DNA from: Defluviitaleaceae bacterium | GTDB taxonomy: Bacteria > Bacillota > Clostridia > Lachnospirales > WRAX01 | Length of the DNA: 64,000 nucleotides | Direction: 5' to 3' | Assembly: GCA_009779935.1 (NCBI GenBank) | Contig: WRAX01000005.1 | Location: 24,248 to 88,247, forward strand | In this document: one piece after another, positions 10,459 through 20,282 of the stretch | Numbering within the stretch: the first letter of the stretch is position 1 | Layout: each line of letters begins with the position of its first letter | Position numbers and translations under genes: made by a program | Notes under the pieces: model-generated | The model's database searches: none | Told to the model about the DNA's origin: nothing | The model's input: only the letters and a program-made list of their open reading frames with translations

Positions 10459-10773
10459 CTAAATAAAATGTCCCATAAACTTGGACATGATGCAGCCGTT
10501 TATTACAAAAGTGCTGTGGAAGGCAAATTGGGGAGTGTATGGTACGGGCTGGTCCACCCGCAAAATAATTTCTGTTGTTAGCATCCCATCCGAATCCGCA
10601 TCACGTACAAGGATAATAAAATCGCCAACAGGGCTTGCGCCTATCCACTGCACATATTCCAACATTTCGTTTTTGATGCCATCCACTTCATTTTTATGGA
10701 TTTTTTTGGCAAATATTAACACATTCTCCACTATCACAACCGCACCCCTTTTTGGATGATTATACCAAACCAC
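10459..10773 (-). CDS. hypothetical protein (104 aa)
   Basis: ORF only; no motif recognised. Confidence 0.35.
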   Translation of the reverse strand: MVWYNHPKRGAVVIVENVLIFAKKIHKNEVDGIKNEMLEYVQWIGASPVGDFIILVRDADSDGMLTTEIILRVDQPVPYTPQFAFHSTFVINGCIMSKFMGHFI

Positions 10774-10825
10774 AAAATAATTTGCAAGGGCAGGCGGGCT
10801 GTGTTATAATAAGAACATCAATATT

Positions 10826-11689
10826 TTGGAGATGAGAATGGACAGCCAACCAAATATAGGCCTTGTACTTTCCGGCGGTTTTGCAAAGGGTGCATACCAA
10901 GTGGGGGTTTTTAAGGCCATCGAGGAGTGTTTTGGCGACAATAAATTAAAATACATCAGTGCCTCTTCTGTGGGGGTGCTTAATGCTTATGGTTTTTTGC
11001 AAGGCAAGGCGGATTTAGTGGAGCAGGCCTGGCGTAGTTTGCAGTTTAGCAGCTTTTCCAGCTTTACTAAGGCATATTTCCGCTCATCTTTTATTTCTGA
11101 TTTTGTGGGCAAAATTAGCCAAGATGCAGATCCCTGCCCCGATGGGTTTTATGGCACCTTTCTCAATATTAGTAAGGTTAAACTAAATTATGTGCATCTA
11201 AGCCGTGTGGACAAGCGTTATGTGCCTGATTTTTTGTTGGCAAGTGTTACCCTGCCTGTGTTTTCCCGTGCGGTGGAAATTGCCGGCACCAAGTATGTGG
11301 ATGGTGCCTTGGTGGATAATATACCGGTAAAACCACTTACCAAGCTTCCGCTGGATTATGCTGTTGTGGTGCATTTTGATAATGATAATTATAGATTTGA
11401 AAACGAAACCTTTGACAGCAAACTAATAAAAATAAACTTTTTAGACGAGGGCATTATTAAAAGCTCCCTTTCCTTTACCCCGGCAGCAATTGATGGCATG
11501 ATAAAGGCGGGTTATGAAGCCGCAACCCACGCCTTTGAAAAGGTTTTTAGCCGTGGTTTTTCGGATACGGCATACATACACCACAAAATTAAACAACTGC
11601 ATGACGGGCGGGAGAAAAAGCCCTTTCGCTTGACGGGGGATGTGGCAATTAATAACATGAACAAAGTTTTGAAAAAAGTTATAAAATAA
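10826..11689 (+). CDS. patatin-like phospholipase
   Basis: Oxyanion motif GLVLSGGFAKGAY, nucleophile-elbow-like SASSVG, DGA (VDGALVDN) Asp motif; start uncertain (TTG 10826, ATG 10832 or 10838). Confidence 0.8.
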   Translation: MEMRMDSQPNIGLVLSGGFAKGAYQVGVFKAIEECFGDNKLKYISASSVGVLNAYGFLQGKADLVEQAWRSLQFSSFSSFTKAYFRSSFISDFVGKISQDADPCPDGFYGTFLNISKVKLNYVHLSRVDKRYVPDFLLASVTLPVFSRAVEIAGTKYVDGALVDNIPVKPLTKLPLDYAVVVHFDNDNYRFENETFDSKLIKINFLDEGIIKSSLSFTPAAIDGMIKAGYEAATHAFEKVFSRGFSDTAYIHHKIKQLHDGREKKPFRLTGDVAINNMNKVLKKVIK

Positions 11690-11691
11690 AG

Positions 11692-11815
11692 TTGACCCGG
11701 TCAATTGATTATGGTATAATGCATTTAATTGGAATCTCATTTTTTCACCAAATTTTAGTGGAATTAAAACAACCCCCTTGGAACGGCTATTCCAAGGGGG
11801 TTGAACTTTTCTTTT
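11692..11815 (+). promoter_or_regulatory. consensus promoter followed about 50 nt later by an intrinsic terminator (candidate small RNA or leader)
   Basis: TTGACC 11692-11697, 17 nt, TGGTATAAT (TATAAT 11715-11720); hairpin AACCCCCTTGGA/TCCAAGGGGGTT 11771-11802 then T-rich tract to 11815. Confidence 0.35.
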
Positions 11816-11922
11816 GGATCAGGCAAGCGCATTTCTCCACTTCGTTTCGAGTGGAATAGGGACATTGTGACATATTTCGGCAACCAACGTAAGATGTAGC
11901 CAAAAGCTTTTAAGCAAAGCCC

Positions 11923-11951
11923 TTGACTATATAAGGCGTTAGGGATATAAT
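11923..11951 (+). promoter_or_regulatory. prfA promoter
   Basis: TTGACT 11923-11928, 17-nt spacer, TATAAT 11946-11951. Confidence 0.5.
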
Positions 11952-11986
11952 GTAAATAAGCGACCAGAAATTGATGAGGTGAAGAT

Positions 11987-13057
11987 ATGTTTGAACGACT
12001 GCAAGAAATTGAAGAAAGATACGATAATATCGGCGATGATATCAACAAGCCCGAAATTATAGCCGACCAGGCAAATTGGCAAAAACTTATGCGGGAACAT
12101 TCCATGCTTAGCCCTATTGTGGAGAAGTATCGGGAATACAGGCGTGCAAGCGCATCCTATGAGGAAAGTAAGGAGATGCTTAACGAAAGCCTTGATGATG
12201 AGATGCGCACCTTGGTACGGGAAGAATTAAAGGAAAGCCAAGAAAATATGGAAGCTTTTGGAGAGCAACTAAAAATTCTACTTTTGCCAAAAGACCCTAA
12301 TGACGATAAAAACGTGATTGTGGAGATACGTGGCGGCGCAGGCGGGGATGAAGCCGCCTTGTTTGCGGCGGATTTGTACCGCATGTACAGCCGCTTTGCC
12401 GACCGCAACCGATGGAAAACCGAAGTTTTGTCCGTTAACGAAAATGACCTTGGGGGCATTAAAGAAATTTCCTTTATGATAACGGGCAAAGGGGCGTTTA
12501 GCCGCCTTAAATACGAAAGCGGCGTGCATCGTGTACAGCGGGTGCCCGCCACCGAAACCCAAGGGCGCATACACACATCTACCGTAACCGTAGCCGTATT
12601 GCCCGAGGCGGAGGAGGTAGACGTGGAGCTTAATATGCAGGATGTGCGTATTGACGTTTTCCGTTCCAGCGGAAACGGGGGCCAGTCCGTAAACACTACC
12701 GATTCTGCCATACGTGTAACTCATGCGCCCACGGGCATTGTAATTTCTTGTCAGGACGAAAAAAGCCAGCTTAAAAACAAGGAAAAAGCCCTTAAAATCC
12801 TAAGGGCAAGGCTTTATGACCTGGAATTGGAAAAAAGAGCAAAAGAAGAGCGGGATGCAAGAAGAAGCCAAGTAGGCAGCGGTGACCGTAGTGAGAAAAT
12901 ACGCACATACAACTTTCCCCAAAGCCGTGTTACGGACCACCGTGTAAACAAAACCATCCACAGGCTGGATGCCTTTTTGGATGGGGATTTGGAAGAGATG
13001 ACGGAAACCCTGATAACTATTGACCAAGCAGAGAAGTTGAAAATGCAGGGGCAGTAG
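11987..13057 (+). CDS. prfA: peptide chain release factor 1
   Basis: 356 aa; RF1-specific PAT tripeptide ([14 protein letters not shown]) and GGQ motif ([11 protein letters not shown]). Confidence 0.95.
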   Translation: MFERLQEIEERYDNIGDDINKPEIIADQANWQKLMREHSMLSPIVEKYREYRRASASYEESKEMLNESLDDEMRTLVREELKESQENMEAFGEQLKILLLPKDPNDDKNVIVEIRGGAGGDEAALFAADLYRMYSRFADRNRWKTEVLSVNENDLGGIKEISFMITGKGAFSRLKYESGVHRVQRVPATETQGRIHTSTVTVAVLPEAEEVDVELNMQDVRIDVFRSSGNGGQSVNTTDSAIRVTHAPTGIVISCQDEKSQLKNKEKALKILRARLYDLELEKRAKEERDARRSQVGSGDRSEKIRTYNFPQSRVTDHRVNKTIHRLDAFLDGDLEEMTETLITIDQAEKLKMQGQ

Positions 13058-13077
13058 ATTAATTCCCCATTACTTAT

Positions 13078-13108
13078 ACACCCCTGTTAAAATAAGCGGG
13101 GGTGTTTT
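13078..13108. terminator. terminator between convergent prfA and permease genes
   Basis: Stem ACACCCC/GGGGTGT with T-run on + strand. Confidence 0.5.
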
Positions 13109-13117
13109 GGTATACAC

Positions 13118-16100
13118 TCACTCCCTAACCTGCAACAGCTCCAAAGGCGGTTTTCTTGTGGTTAAAGCAACCCCGATGACCGCCCCAAGCACCGAGCCGA
13201 CGAGGTATATCCCAGCAGCCGAAAGTATTGCTACTGCACCAAGGCCCCAAGCGGCAAGTACCAGCCAAAGGATGCCCATAAGCAGGCCGCCAATGCAAAC
13301 CGCAAGCAGCTCTATTGTTAAAATGCTTTGTGTTTTGCTTTTGCCGGTTCCCAACACCCGCATGGTGGCTGCGTTTTTAGCCGATTGCAGCATTAACAAC
13401 ATAGAGAGACCTATTGCAATTGTTGCTGATATTGCAAGTGCAACGGGATACATTAAATCCAATAACAGTATTGTTTGCCCCACAGCTGTTGTTGTGTTTC
13501 GCAACTCCTCATCTTGCAGAAATAGGTGCATAGAGAGGTTGCGAAGTCCTCCAAAACTGGCCGGTATCACTTCTAAGGTTTCCCGCACCCGGTCAATTTG
13601 GGGATTATGGATAGTATCAACAGCAAAAGATAAAACCGAGTAGGAAATAAAACCTCCAAGTACATATTCCAATGCGGCAGTGGGGATTAAGGAGATGTTT
13701 GAGTTGCCGCCCGACAGTATATGGCTGTTGTGTGTGCCTATTATCCGGGCGTGAGCCGTTTCCATGCGGGAGATGTTGAGTATGAAAAAACCAATATTCA
13801 CATAATCGCCAACATTCAGCCCTTTTTCTTCCAAGGTACTCTGCGGCATGATAATCGGCACTCTGTCACCTCGCTCATAGCCTGCAAAGTCTGCCTCGCT
13901 AAATCCGGCACCAAATTCAAATTGGATGGTGTTGCCCCAAAAGTCTGTATTTCTTGCTACAAAGTCCTCAAAACGGTTAAAGCCACGCAGTGTTTCCATT
14001 CTATCAAGGTTGCCCATAATGCCTAAGGAGGTATCTATGCCTGACAATTCTTCCCAATTTTGCGGCATGGCTTCCCCGCCCGGGTTATGGACAAAAAATG
14101 CACGCCCAAAGTCGGTTTCTGTGTAGATATGGCTTAGAAGATACTTATGTTGCGCCAACATCTCCACAGTCCGCCAGCGAATGGAATTTTCTGTAACACC
14201 CATAATGATTTGGCCCGGTTCGCTTGGGCCAATACTCCCTGTTACAATTATGGTGTTATTTAGCCTGTCAATTTCATTTTGGTTGCGTATGCCAGCTTCT
14301 TGCAGCCAACCTATGGCCACAACAAATATTAATGCCACAGCAAGCCCAAGGGCGGATTTTAACACATTGCGCCTAATATGACGGAAAACCCAGCCCGCCG
14401 CCCCTGCCAATTTTGACAAGGGAGCTGTCGGCAACGGCTTTTCCAGCGCAACAAATTCTTTGAACGCCGTTGTATTTGGGGCATTTTTCATATCCTCATC
14501 TATTTTGCCATACTTTTTTAGTCCAAATTGCTTAACAGCCCTAACACTATTCCCTTGCAAAGCAACCAAGGCAGGCGTGTGCAGCATATACCTCACTATT
14601 GCCGCCGTAATAATAAAAAGAGCCGCTATTACCACAGCTGTTAAGCCCGCAAGCCAGTACACGCCCAAGCCCACATCAAATTCGATAACCTGCGGTGGTG
14701 GTGGGCGCAGCATGGGGTGGGTAATTACATAATCCATTAAGAAGGTGGCGAAAGGCTCCAATGCGGTTGCCACTGCCCTTCTCGCAAGAAGCCACCCCCC
14801 AATACCCCCGGCAATTGCTGACGGGATAGCGAAAAACAGCAGGGCTTTTACCATGTGCCATGATATGGTTGCTTTGCTTATGCCCAGTGCCCGGTAAATG
14901 GCAAAGTCCTTTTTTCTTTGGAAGGTGAAAACAAAACCAACCAAACCAAGCACCACCAATACCACAACCCAAAACAATAGGGCATTAAATAGGTTTACCA
15001 TAAGCACTGTTTGGGCTGTTGCCAAAAAACTAAGGCTGTTGGCGGTATCACTCATTATCACTATATTGTAGTTATATAATTCGGGCTGTTCCTGCACCCA
15101 AATTAAAAATTCTTGAACCTGTGTGGGGTCTGACAGGGTGAAACTATACCATGCTTCCGCTAAATAATCCGGTTGCGCAAGGCTTACACCGGCGGGGATG
15201 GCAGAGGCAGGGGCAAAAACAAAGGTTGCTGGCATTCTTCCAACAAAACCAAGATGGGAGATGGGCCTGCCCCAATAGCTAAAAGTTCCCACAACCTCAA
15301 ATTCCACAGCATGGCGATTACTGTATATTGTTGACCCTGCAACGGGTATACCAAGAAATGGGATTGCCCCGCTTATATACTGCTCTTCATGGAAATACAG
15401 GGTTAAATTGCTGCCAACATACAAACCATGGTATGTGGCAAAGCGACGCTCTATATACACCACATTTCGCCCTTCTATATAATCTTCGTGGTTAAGGGGT
15501 CGCCCTTGCACATTGCGTAAACGTGCAGGTTCGCCTGCAAAATCTGCGGAGATTGTAAGGTCGCTTGTAAAAGTAACCTGCATTGACCTTTGGTGGTTAT
15601 TAAGAAAGGTGATTTGGTTGGGCAAATGCTCAAGACCAGATTTGTTTGCAAAATCCAGATTTTGGGCATTATTTGCTGGCACAAACCAAATCCCTTCTTC
15701 TTCATTAATGGGCATCATCACTAATGGGTCTATGGTACGTGTTTCCTGCTCCCATAAATTTATCATAAATGAAGACCCAATAATAAATTCTCGTGGGTTT
15801 CCCGTTTGAGGTATGACTATAAAAGGATTTCCTGTATCTTGTTGGAAAATTCGCATAATATATCGCCCACGGAACAAAAATCTTTCACCCGACTGCAAGG
15901 CTTGGGCATTTTCCGACCCTATAAGGTCTGCATCAAATTCCATGAACACAATCTGCCCTTCAACCACATGTTGGGGCATGCCTGCATAAACGTGTCCCAC
16001 CCGCATTACCACCCAATGCACGCCCTGCGACCAAATGGTTTCGTATATTACCCCGTAAAAATACGCATCGGTGATACGTGATTGGGAAGCATCCGGCAAG

Positions 16101-16438
16101 TCACGCTGCATGCCTAAATAGTCAATAACCGTCATATCGGCTAAAATACCCTCGAAAGTTATATTCCTATTCTCGGTTTCTAAAAATCCACTTTTCCACA
16201 AAATATCGGCTACATGTGCAACATCCCCATGCCCGCCATGGGGATGTTGCACAAAGCCAACAGTACGAAAATCGTCACCAATTTCCATGATATGTGCCCG
16301 CACGGCCAAATACTCCACTGTGCGCAAAACAAAGGTGAAGGTGCCAAGGGCAATTAAAAATATTAACAAAAATGTACGCATGGGTTGGCGTAGCATGGAT
16401 TTTATTATAACATTTACATTTTTTCTCATCAAGCTCAC
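13118..16438 (-). CDS. very large FtsX/MacB-type ABC permease with two FtsX modules
   Basis: 1106 aa; two repeats of TM helix, large extracytoplasmic domain and 3-TM FtsX module; C-terminal RKPPLELLQVRE; GTG start overlaps upstream stop (GTGA). Confidence 0.75.
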   Translation of the reverse strand: MSLMRKNVNVIIKSMLRQPMRTFLLIFLIALGTFTFVLRTVEYLAVRAHIMEIGDDFRTVGFVQHPHGGHGDVAHVADILWKSGFLETENRNITFEGILADMTVIDYLGMQRDLPDASQSRITDAYFYGVIYETIWSQGVHWVVMRVGHVYAGMPQHVVEGQIVFMEFDADLIGSENAQALQSGERFLFRGRYIMRIFQQDTGNPFIVIPQTGNPREFIIGSSFMINLWEQETRTIDPLVMMPINEEEGIWFVPANNAQNLDFANKSGLEHLPNQITFLNNHQRSMQVTFTSDLTISADFAGEPARLRNVQGRPLNHEDYIEGRNVVYIERRFATYHGLYVGSNLTLYFHEEQYISGAIPFLGIPVAGSTIYSNRHAVEFEVVGTFSYWGRPISHLGFVGRMPATFVFAPASAIPAGVSLAQPDYLAEAWYSFTLSDPTQVQEFLIWVQEQPELYNYNIVIMSDTANSLSFLATAQTVLMVNLFNALLFWVVVLVVLGLVGFVFTFQRKKDFAIYRALGISKATISWHMVKALLFFAIPSAIAGGIGGWLLARRAVATALEPFATFLMDYVITHPMLRPPPPQVIEFDVGLGVYWLAGLTAVVIAALFIITAAIVRYMLHTPALVALQGNSVRAVKQFGLKKYGKIDEDMKNAPNTTAFKEFVALEKPLPTAPLSKLAGAAGWVFRHIRRNVLKSALGLAVALIFVVAIGWLQEAGIRNQNEIDRLNNTIIVTGSIGPSEPGQIIMGVTENSIRWRTVEMLAQHKYLLSHIYTETDFGRAFFVHNPGGEAMPQNWEELSGIDTSLGIMGNLDRMETLRGFNRFEDFVARNTDFWGNTIQFEFGAGFSEADFAGYERGDRVPIIMPQSTLEEKGLNVGDYVNIGFFILNISRMETAHARIIGTHNSHILSGGNSNISLIPTAALEYVLGGFISYSVLSFAVDTIHNPQIDRVRETLEVIPASFGGLRNLSMHLFLQDEELRNTTTAVGQTILLLDLMYPVALAISATIAIGLSMLLMLQSAKNAATMRVLGTGKSKTQSILTIELLAVCIGGLLMGILWLVLAAWGLGAVAILSAAGIYLVGSVLGAVIGVALTTRKPPLELLQVRE

Positions 16439-17001
16439 GTCCCTTTTGAATAATAAGTCAACGCCTTATCCTGCCAAACTTTGTATGCGGACTTTGCATT
16501 GGCCTCCATCCACTCCCTATAACCAAGCTGCATTTGATCAAGCTCCTCCGCCCTTACAAGCCTGTCAGCCAAATCTTCACGATAATCCTGCCATTCCTCC
16601 AAAAATAAACACATATTTTGGTTAAAAGTTGCGCTTTTATCCTTACCGTCAAATTTAATGGCACATTCCCATTCATCATGGTGCGGGGGCCTTTTTATGT
16701 TTAGGGAAAAATTGAGGTTGCCCATTTTTTCCATGGCAAACAAAAAATCCAAAACATCTGCAAAAGAGCTTATCTGCACCTTGTTTGCTTCGCAGCCGAT
16801 TAGCTCGGCGGCATTAATGCCCAGGGCCTTGGAAATTTCATTAAGGGTGGCGAAAGATAAATCAATCTCACCCTTTTCATACTTTTGGATTGTGCGCAGG
16901 TTTTTACATAGCCTCTCCCCAAATTGGGTTTGGCTTAAACCCAGCTTTTTTCTGCGCTCCTGTATGCGTTTGCCTATGGCGATGCCGTCTATTTCCTTCA
17001 T
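16435..17001 (-). CDS. XRE-family HTH transcriptional regulator with C-terminal domain
   Basis: IGKRIQERRKKLGLSQTQFGERL...RTIQKYEKG HTH; ATG at 17001; translationally coupled to the permease. Confidence 0.8.
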   Translation of the reverse strand: MKEIDGIAIGKRIQERRKKLGLSQTQFGERLCKNLRTIQKYEKGEIDLSFATLNEISKALGINAAELIGCEANKVQISSFADVLDFLFAMEKMGNLNFSLNIKRPPHHDEWECAIKFDGKDKSATFNQNMCLFLEEWQDYREDLADRLVRAEELDQMQLGYREWMEANAKSAYKVWQDKALTYYSKGT

Positions 17002-17163
17002 AATTAACCTACCCCGCAAAATAAAATGATAATTTATTGTAGCACAGCACAATAAGAATTACAAGTGCTAAATTAGAATTGTAAAGACATGTATATAGAA
17101 AATGGGAGTATGAATATGTATTATAAATTCATATTAAAGGGTATGGAGGATTTCAAAAAATGC

Positions 17164-17192
17164 TTGACAGGTTTGTTTGATGATGGTAAAAT
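17164..17192 (+). promoter_or_regulatory. promoter of the Rrf2-nifS-nifU operon
   Basis: TTGACA 17164-17169, 17 nt, TGGTAAAAT (17184-17192). Confidence 0.5.
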
Positions 17193-17242
17193 CATATAAA
17201 CCGAGTGAAATAGTTGGAAATGTCGAAAGTGGGTGAGGTAAG

Positions 17243-17683
17243 GTGAAAATATCAACAAAAGGACGGTATGGGCTAAAAGCTGTGGTAGATATTGGTTATT
17301 ACACACGGGATGCAAAATGCGTCAGCCTAAAATCAGTATCCGAACGGCAGGCCATTTCGGAAAACTACTTGGAACAGATAATTGCGCCCTTAAAACGGGC
17401 GGGCATTGTACATTCCATCCGTGGGGCAAATGGTGGGTATTTTCTCGGCAAAGACCCCAAAACCCTTACGGCGGGTGATGTTTTGCGTATTTTGGAAGGC
17501 CCCCTAACCCCCGTGGACTGCCTTGTGGAAAATGGCCCAATTTGCGGCGAGGCGGATTGCGGTAAATGCTCCACCAAATCGGTGTGGATGAGCCTTTTTG
17601 CCGGTATTAACGAGCTGGTGGACAGTTTTACCATTGCTGACCTTATGGCGGATTATGAAAACATGTCGGGAGTATTGGGATAA
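17243..17683 (+). CDS. Rrf2-family transcriptional regulator (IscR/CymR-like)
   Basis: MKISTKGRYGLKAVVDIG N-terminus; three Cys (CLVENGPICGEADCGKC) as in cluster-binding Rrf2 proteins. Confidence 0.85.
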   Translation: MKISTKGRYGLKAVVDIGYYTRDAKCVSLKSVSERQAISENYLEQIIAPLKRAGIVHSIRGANGGYFLGKDPKTLTAGDVLRILEGPLTPVDCLVENGPICGEADCGKCSTKSVWMSLFAGINELVDSFTIADLMADYENMSGVLG

Positions 17684-17752
17684 TAGGATTTTTAAGGATT
17701 TCAGAGAATGCCCTAACTATAAATGAAAATGTGCAGAGAGGAAGTTAAAGAT

Positions 17753-18973
17753 ATGATTTATCTTGACAATGCGGCAACCACCCGCATAAGACCCGAAGTA
17801 TTGAATATTATGACAGAGTTTTTGGCGGAAAATTACGCTAACCCATCCAGTATTTACAAGCCTGCCCGCCAGGCGAAGGCTGCAATTGACAAGGCACGTG
17901 AGCAGGTGCAAAAAGCCATTGGGGCGGACAGGCCTGCGGAGGTTTTTTTCACAAGCAGCGGTTCGGAGGCTATAAATTGGGCATTAAAGAGCATTGCCAC
18001 CCAAAATGCCAACCGGGGCAAACATATTATCACCACGGCGGTGGAACATCACGCTGTTTTGCATACAATCGAATATTTGGAAAAAGAAGGTTTTGAAGTT
18101 ACTTATCTGCCGGTGGATGAATTTGCCCGTATTGAGGTGGAGCAAGTTAAAGCGGCAATACGCCCTGACACAATTTTGGTTGCTGTTATGTTTGCCAACA
18201 ACGAAGTTGGTACAATTATGCCAATTGCCGAAATTGGGGCGCATTTGAAAGAGATTAATGGCCAGCGTGGTAAGGATGACAAGGTTTATTTCTTTACCGA
18301 TGCCATACAGGCCATTGGGCGCATTCCCGTGGATGTAAATGCCTTAAATATCGACCTTATGCCTATTTCCGCCCATAAGCTGTATGGGCCGAAGGGCGTT
18401 GGTGCACTGTATGTGCGCCGTGGCGTTAAAATGCTACCCCTTATCCATGGCGGCGGGCAGGAGCGTGGCAGGCGTGGCGGCACGGAAAATGTGGCAGGCA
18501 TTGCCGCCCTTGGGTTGGCTGTGGAGCTTGCAATTGACGAAATGGATGAAACCGCCAAAAAGCATACCGAAATGCGCCAATACTTGATTGATGGTATTTT
18601 GAAGGCGATTCCCCATTCCAAACTAAATGGACACCCCGAGCACCGCCTGCCCAACAACATTAACATCACCTTTGAATTTATTGAGGGCGAAGGGATGCTG
18701 CTACTATTAGATTCCAAAAACATTGCCGCATCTTCGGGCTCTGCTTGCACATCAGGTTCGCTGGACCCATCCCATGTGCTTATGGCCATGGGCTTGCCAC
18801 ATGAGATGGCACATGGCTCCCTGCGCCTTACTTTTGGGCAGGATACGGAAAAGGGCGATTTGGATGGGGTTTTGGAAGTGCTGCCAACTATTGTGGAAAG
18901 GTTGCGTCAAATTTCACCTCTCTGGGAAGAGTTTCAGCGGGTGGGCAATATTGACATTTTCTTAGGTAAATAA
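17753..18973 (+). CDS. nifS: cysteine desulfurase (NifS/IscS type, class V aminotransferase)
   Basis: MIYLDNAATT start, PLP lysine SAHKLYGPKG, active-site SSGSACTSG; track ORF from 17723 is an upstream extension. Confidence 0.9.
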   Translation: MIYLDNAATTRIRPEVLNIMTEFLAENYANPSSIYKPARQAKAAIDKAREQVQKAIGADRPAEVFFTSSGSEAINWALKSIATQNANRGKHIITTAVEHHAVLHTIEYLEKEGFEVTYLPVDEFARIEVEQVKAAIRPDTILVAVMFANNEVGTIMPIAEIGAHLKEINGQRGKDDKVYFFTDAIQAIGRIPVDVNALNIDLMPISAHKLYGPKGVGALYVRRGVKMLPLIHGGGQERGRRGGTENVAGIAALGLAVELAIDEMDETAKKHTEMRQYLIDGILKAIPHSKLNGHPEHRLPNNINITFEFIEGEGMLLLLDSKNIAASSGSACTSGSLDPSHVLMAMGLPHEMAHGSLRLTFGQDTEKGDLDGVLEVLPTIVERLRQISPLWEEFQRVGNIDIFLGK

Positions 18974-18974
18974 T

Positions 18975-19439
18975 ATGAATAAATTTGCAAAAAAGTATTG
19001 GGATGAATTTTGGGCAGGCAAGGAAAAGCCCGAAAATGTTGTGGCAGAGCAGTTTGGCATGGAAAACACCCCCATGGCGGATGAGTTGGCCGGATTGATT
19101 GTGCAGGGCAAGAAAACTGCCACATGCAGCAACCATGCCCTATATGCCCACTACAACCTACCCTTGCCTGCCGTTGGCGGGTACACCATTATTTTGAACA
19201 GTGATGACAAGCCTGTGTGCATCATACGCACCAATAGCATGGAAATTATCCCCATGAACAAGGTTACGGAAGAGTTTGCCGCCGCTGAGGGGGAGGGTGA
19301 TTTAAGTTATCAATATTGGTATAATGGGCACAAAAAATACTTCACCAGAGAAATGGAAGAAATTGGGCAAAGTTTTGCAGAGGACATGCTATTGGTTTGT
19401 GAAAAATTTGAGCTTGTGGATGTAAAAAATAATGGATAA
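18975..19439 (+). CDS. ASCH-domain protein
   Basis: 154 aa; ELAGLIVQGKKTATCS and AAAEGEGDLSYQYWYNGHKKYF match the ASCH-family pattern as I recall it. Confidence 0.75.
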   Translation: MNKFAKKYWDEFWAGKEKPENVVAEQFGMENTPMADELAGLIVQGKKTATCSNHALYAHYNLPLPAVGGYTIILNSDDKPVCIIRTNSMEIIPMNKVTEEFAAAEGEGDLSYQYWYNGHKKYFTREMEEIGQSFAEDMLLVCEKFELVDVKNNG

Positions 19440-19642
19440 AAATACGCAGGAAAAGATGGTGGGGTGGCTAACTGCTGAAACAATGGAAAAAACTGAAAAC
19501 CACCGCAAAAACCGGCGGATATGTTTTGATTGACGAGGACTTTTTACACGAGGGCGGCAACCAAGATGACAATATGACGACATTACAGGCAGCATAATGG
19601 CGGCGTTGTGGATGCTGAAAAAACTATAAAAGGAGTAAATTT

Positions 19643-20092
19643 ATGTACAGCGAAAAAGTGATGGACCATTTTATGAACCCCCGAAACATGGGCGAAATTG
19701 AAAATGCCAGCGGTGTTGGTTTGGTGGGCAACCCAAAATGCGGGGATATTATGAAAATTTACTTGGATATTGATGAAGCGGGCGTTATCCGTGATGCCAA
19801 ATTCCGCACCTTTGGCTGTGGGGCGGCGGTTGCTACCTCTTCCATTTCTACGGAGATGATTGTTGGCAAAACCGTACAACAGGCCATGGAAGTGACCAAT
19901 AAGCATGTAACAGAAGCCCTGGACGGCTTGCCGCCGTTAAAGGTGCATTGCTCCCTTTTAGCGGAAGAAGCCATACGATCCGCTTTATGGGATTATGCCC
20001 AGAAAAAGGGCATTGTGATTGATGGGCTGGAAAAACCCTGTGATGACCACGACCATCACCATCACGACCATGACCATGATGATGAGGATTAG
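19643..20092 (+). CDS. nifU: Fe-S cluster assembly scaffold (NifU N-terminal/IscU type) with His/Asp-rich tail
   Basis: GNPKCGD, FRTFGCGAAVA, KVHCSLLAEEA scaffold cysteines; C-terminal CDDHDHHHHDHDHDDED. Confidence 0.9.
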   Translation: MYSEKVMDHFMNPRNMGEIENASGVGLVGNPKCGDIMKIYLDIDEAGVIRDAKFRTFGCGAAVATSSISTEMIVGKTVQQAMEVTNKHVTEALDGLPPLKVHCSLLAEEAIRSALWDYAQKKGIVIDGLEKPCDDHDHHHHDHDHDDED

Positions 20093-20106
20093 ATTGATTA
20101 GACAAC

Positions 20107-20133
20107 GGGCGGATAATATCTGCCCATTTTTTT
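20107..20133 (+). terminator. terminator after nifU
   Basis: Stem GGGCGGAT/ATCTGCCC then TTTTTTT. Confidence 0.6.
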
Positions 20134-20171
20134 ATAATAGTATATTTGTGTAATATTTTCTAAAAAAGTTG

Positions 20172-20199
20172 TTGACAAAAAAAGGGGGGGTGCTATAAT
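20172..20199 (+). promoter_or_regulatory. promoter with G7 tract in the spacer
   Basis: TTGACA 20172-20177, 16-nt spacer containing GGGGGGG 20184-20190, TGCTATAAT (TATAAT 20194-20199). Confidence 0.6.
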
Positions 20200-20282
20200 G
20201 TAGGTATCATATGGTTGACGATTAAATACAGCGGTGTGTACAGCCCTGTATCCTAAAAATTATTTGTGTATAGGAGGAAGCT

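Noticed and set aside
10826-11689. The patatin-like phospholipase as a CBASS (CapV-type) effector
   Set aside because: No cyclic-oligonucleotide synthase (CD-NTase) or other CBASS accessory gene is adjacent. The neighbours are unrelated hypothetical genes on the other strand and prfA.
12157-12711. 184-aa and 148-aa minus-strand ORFs
   Set aside because: They are antisense shadows of prfA, whose identity (PAT and GGQ motifs) is unambiguous.
13107-13643. 178-aa plus-strand ORF
   Set aside because: It is antisense to the C-terminal FtsX module of the 1106-aa permease.
19440-19642. 200-nt gap between the ASCH gene and nifU, as a hidden gene or riboswitch
   Set aside because: It holds only a ~40-codon stop-bounded frame without a start codon or RBS (…GGYVLIDEDFLHEGGNQDDNMTTLQAA). 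I could find no convincing conserved-looking structure. It is possibly a gene remnant.
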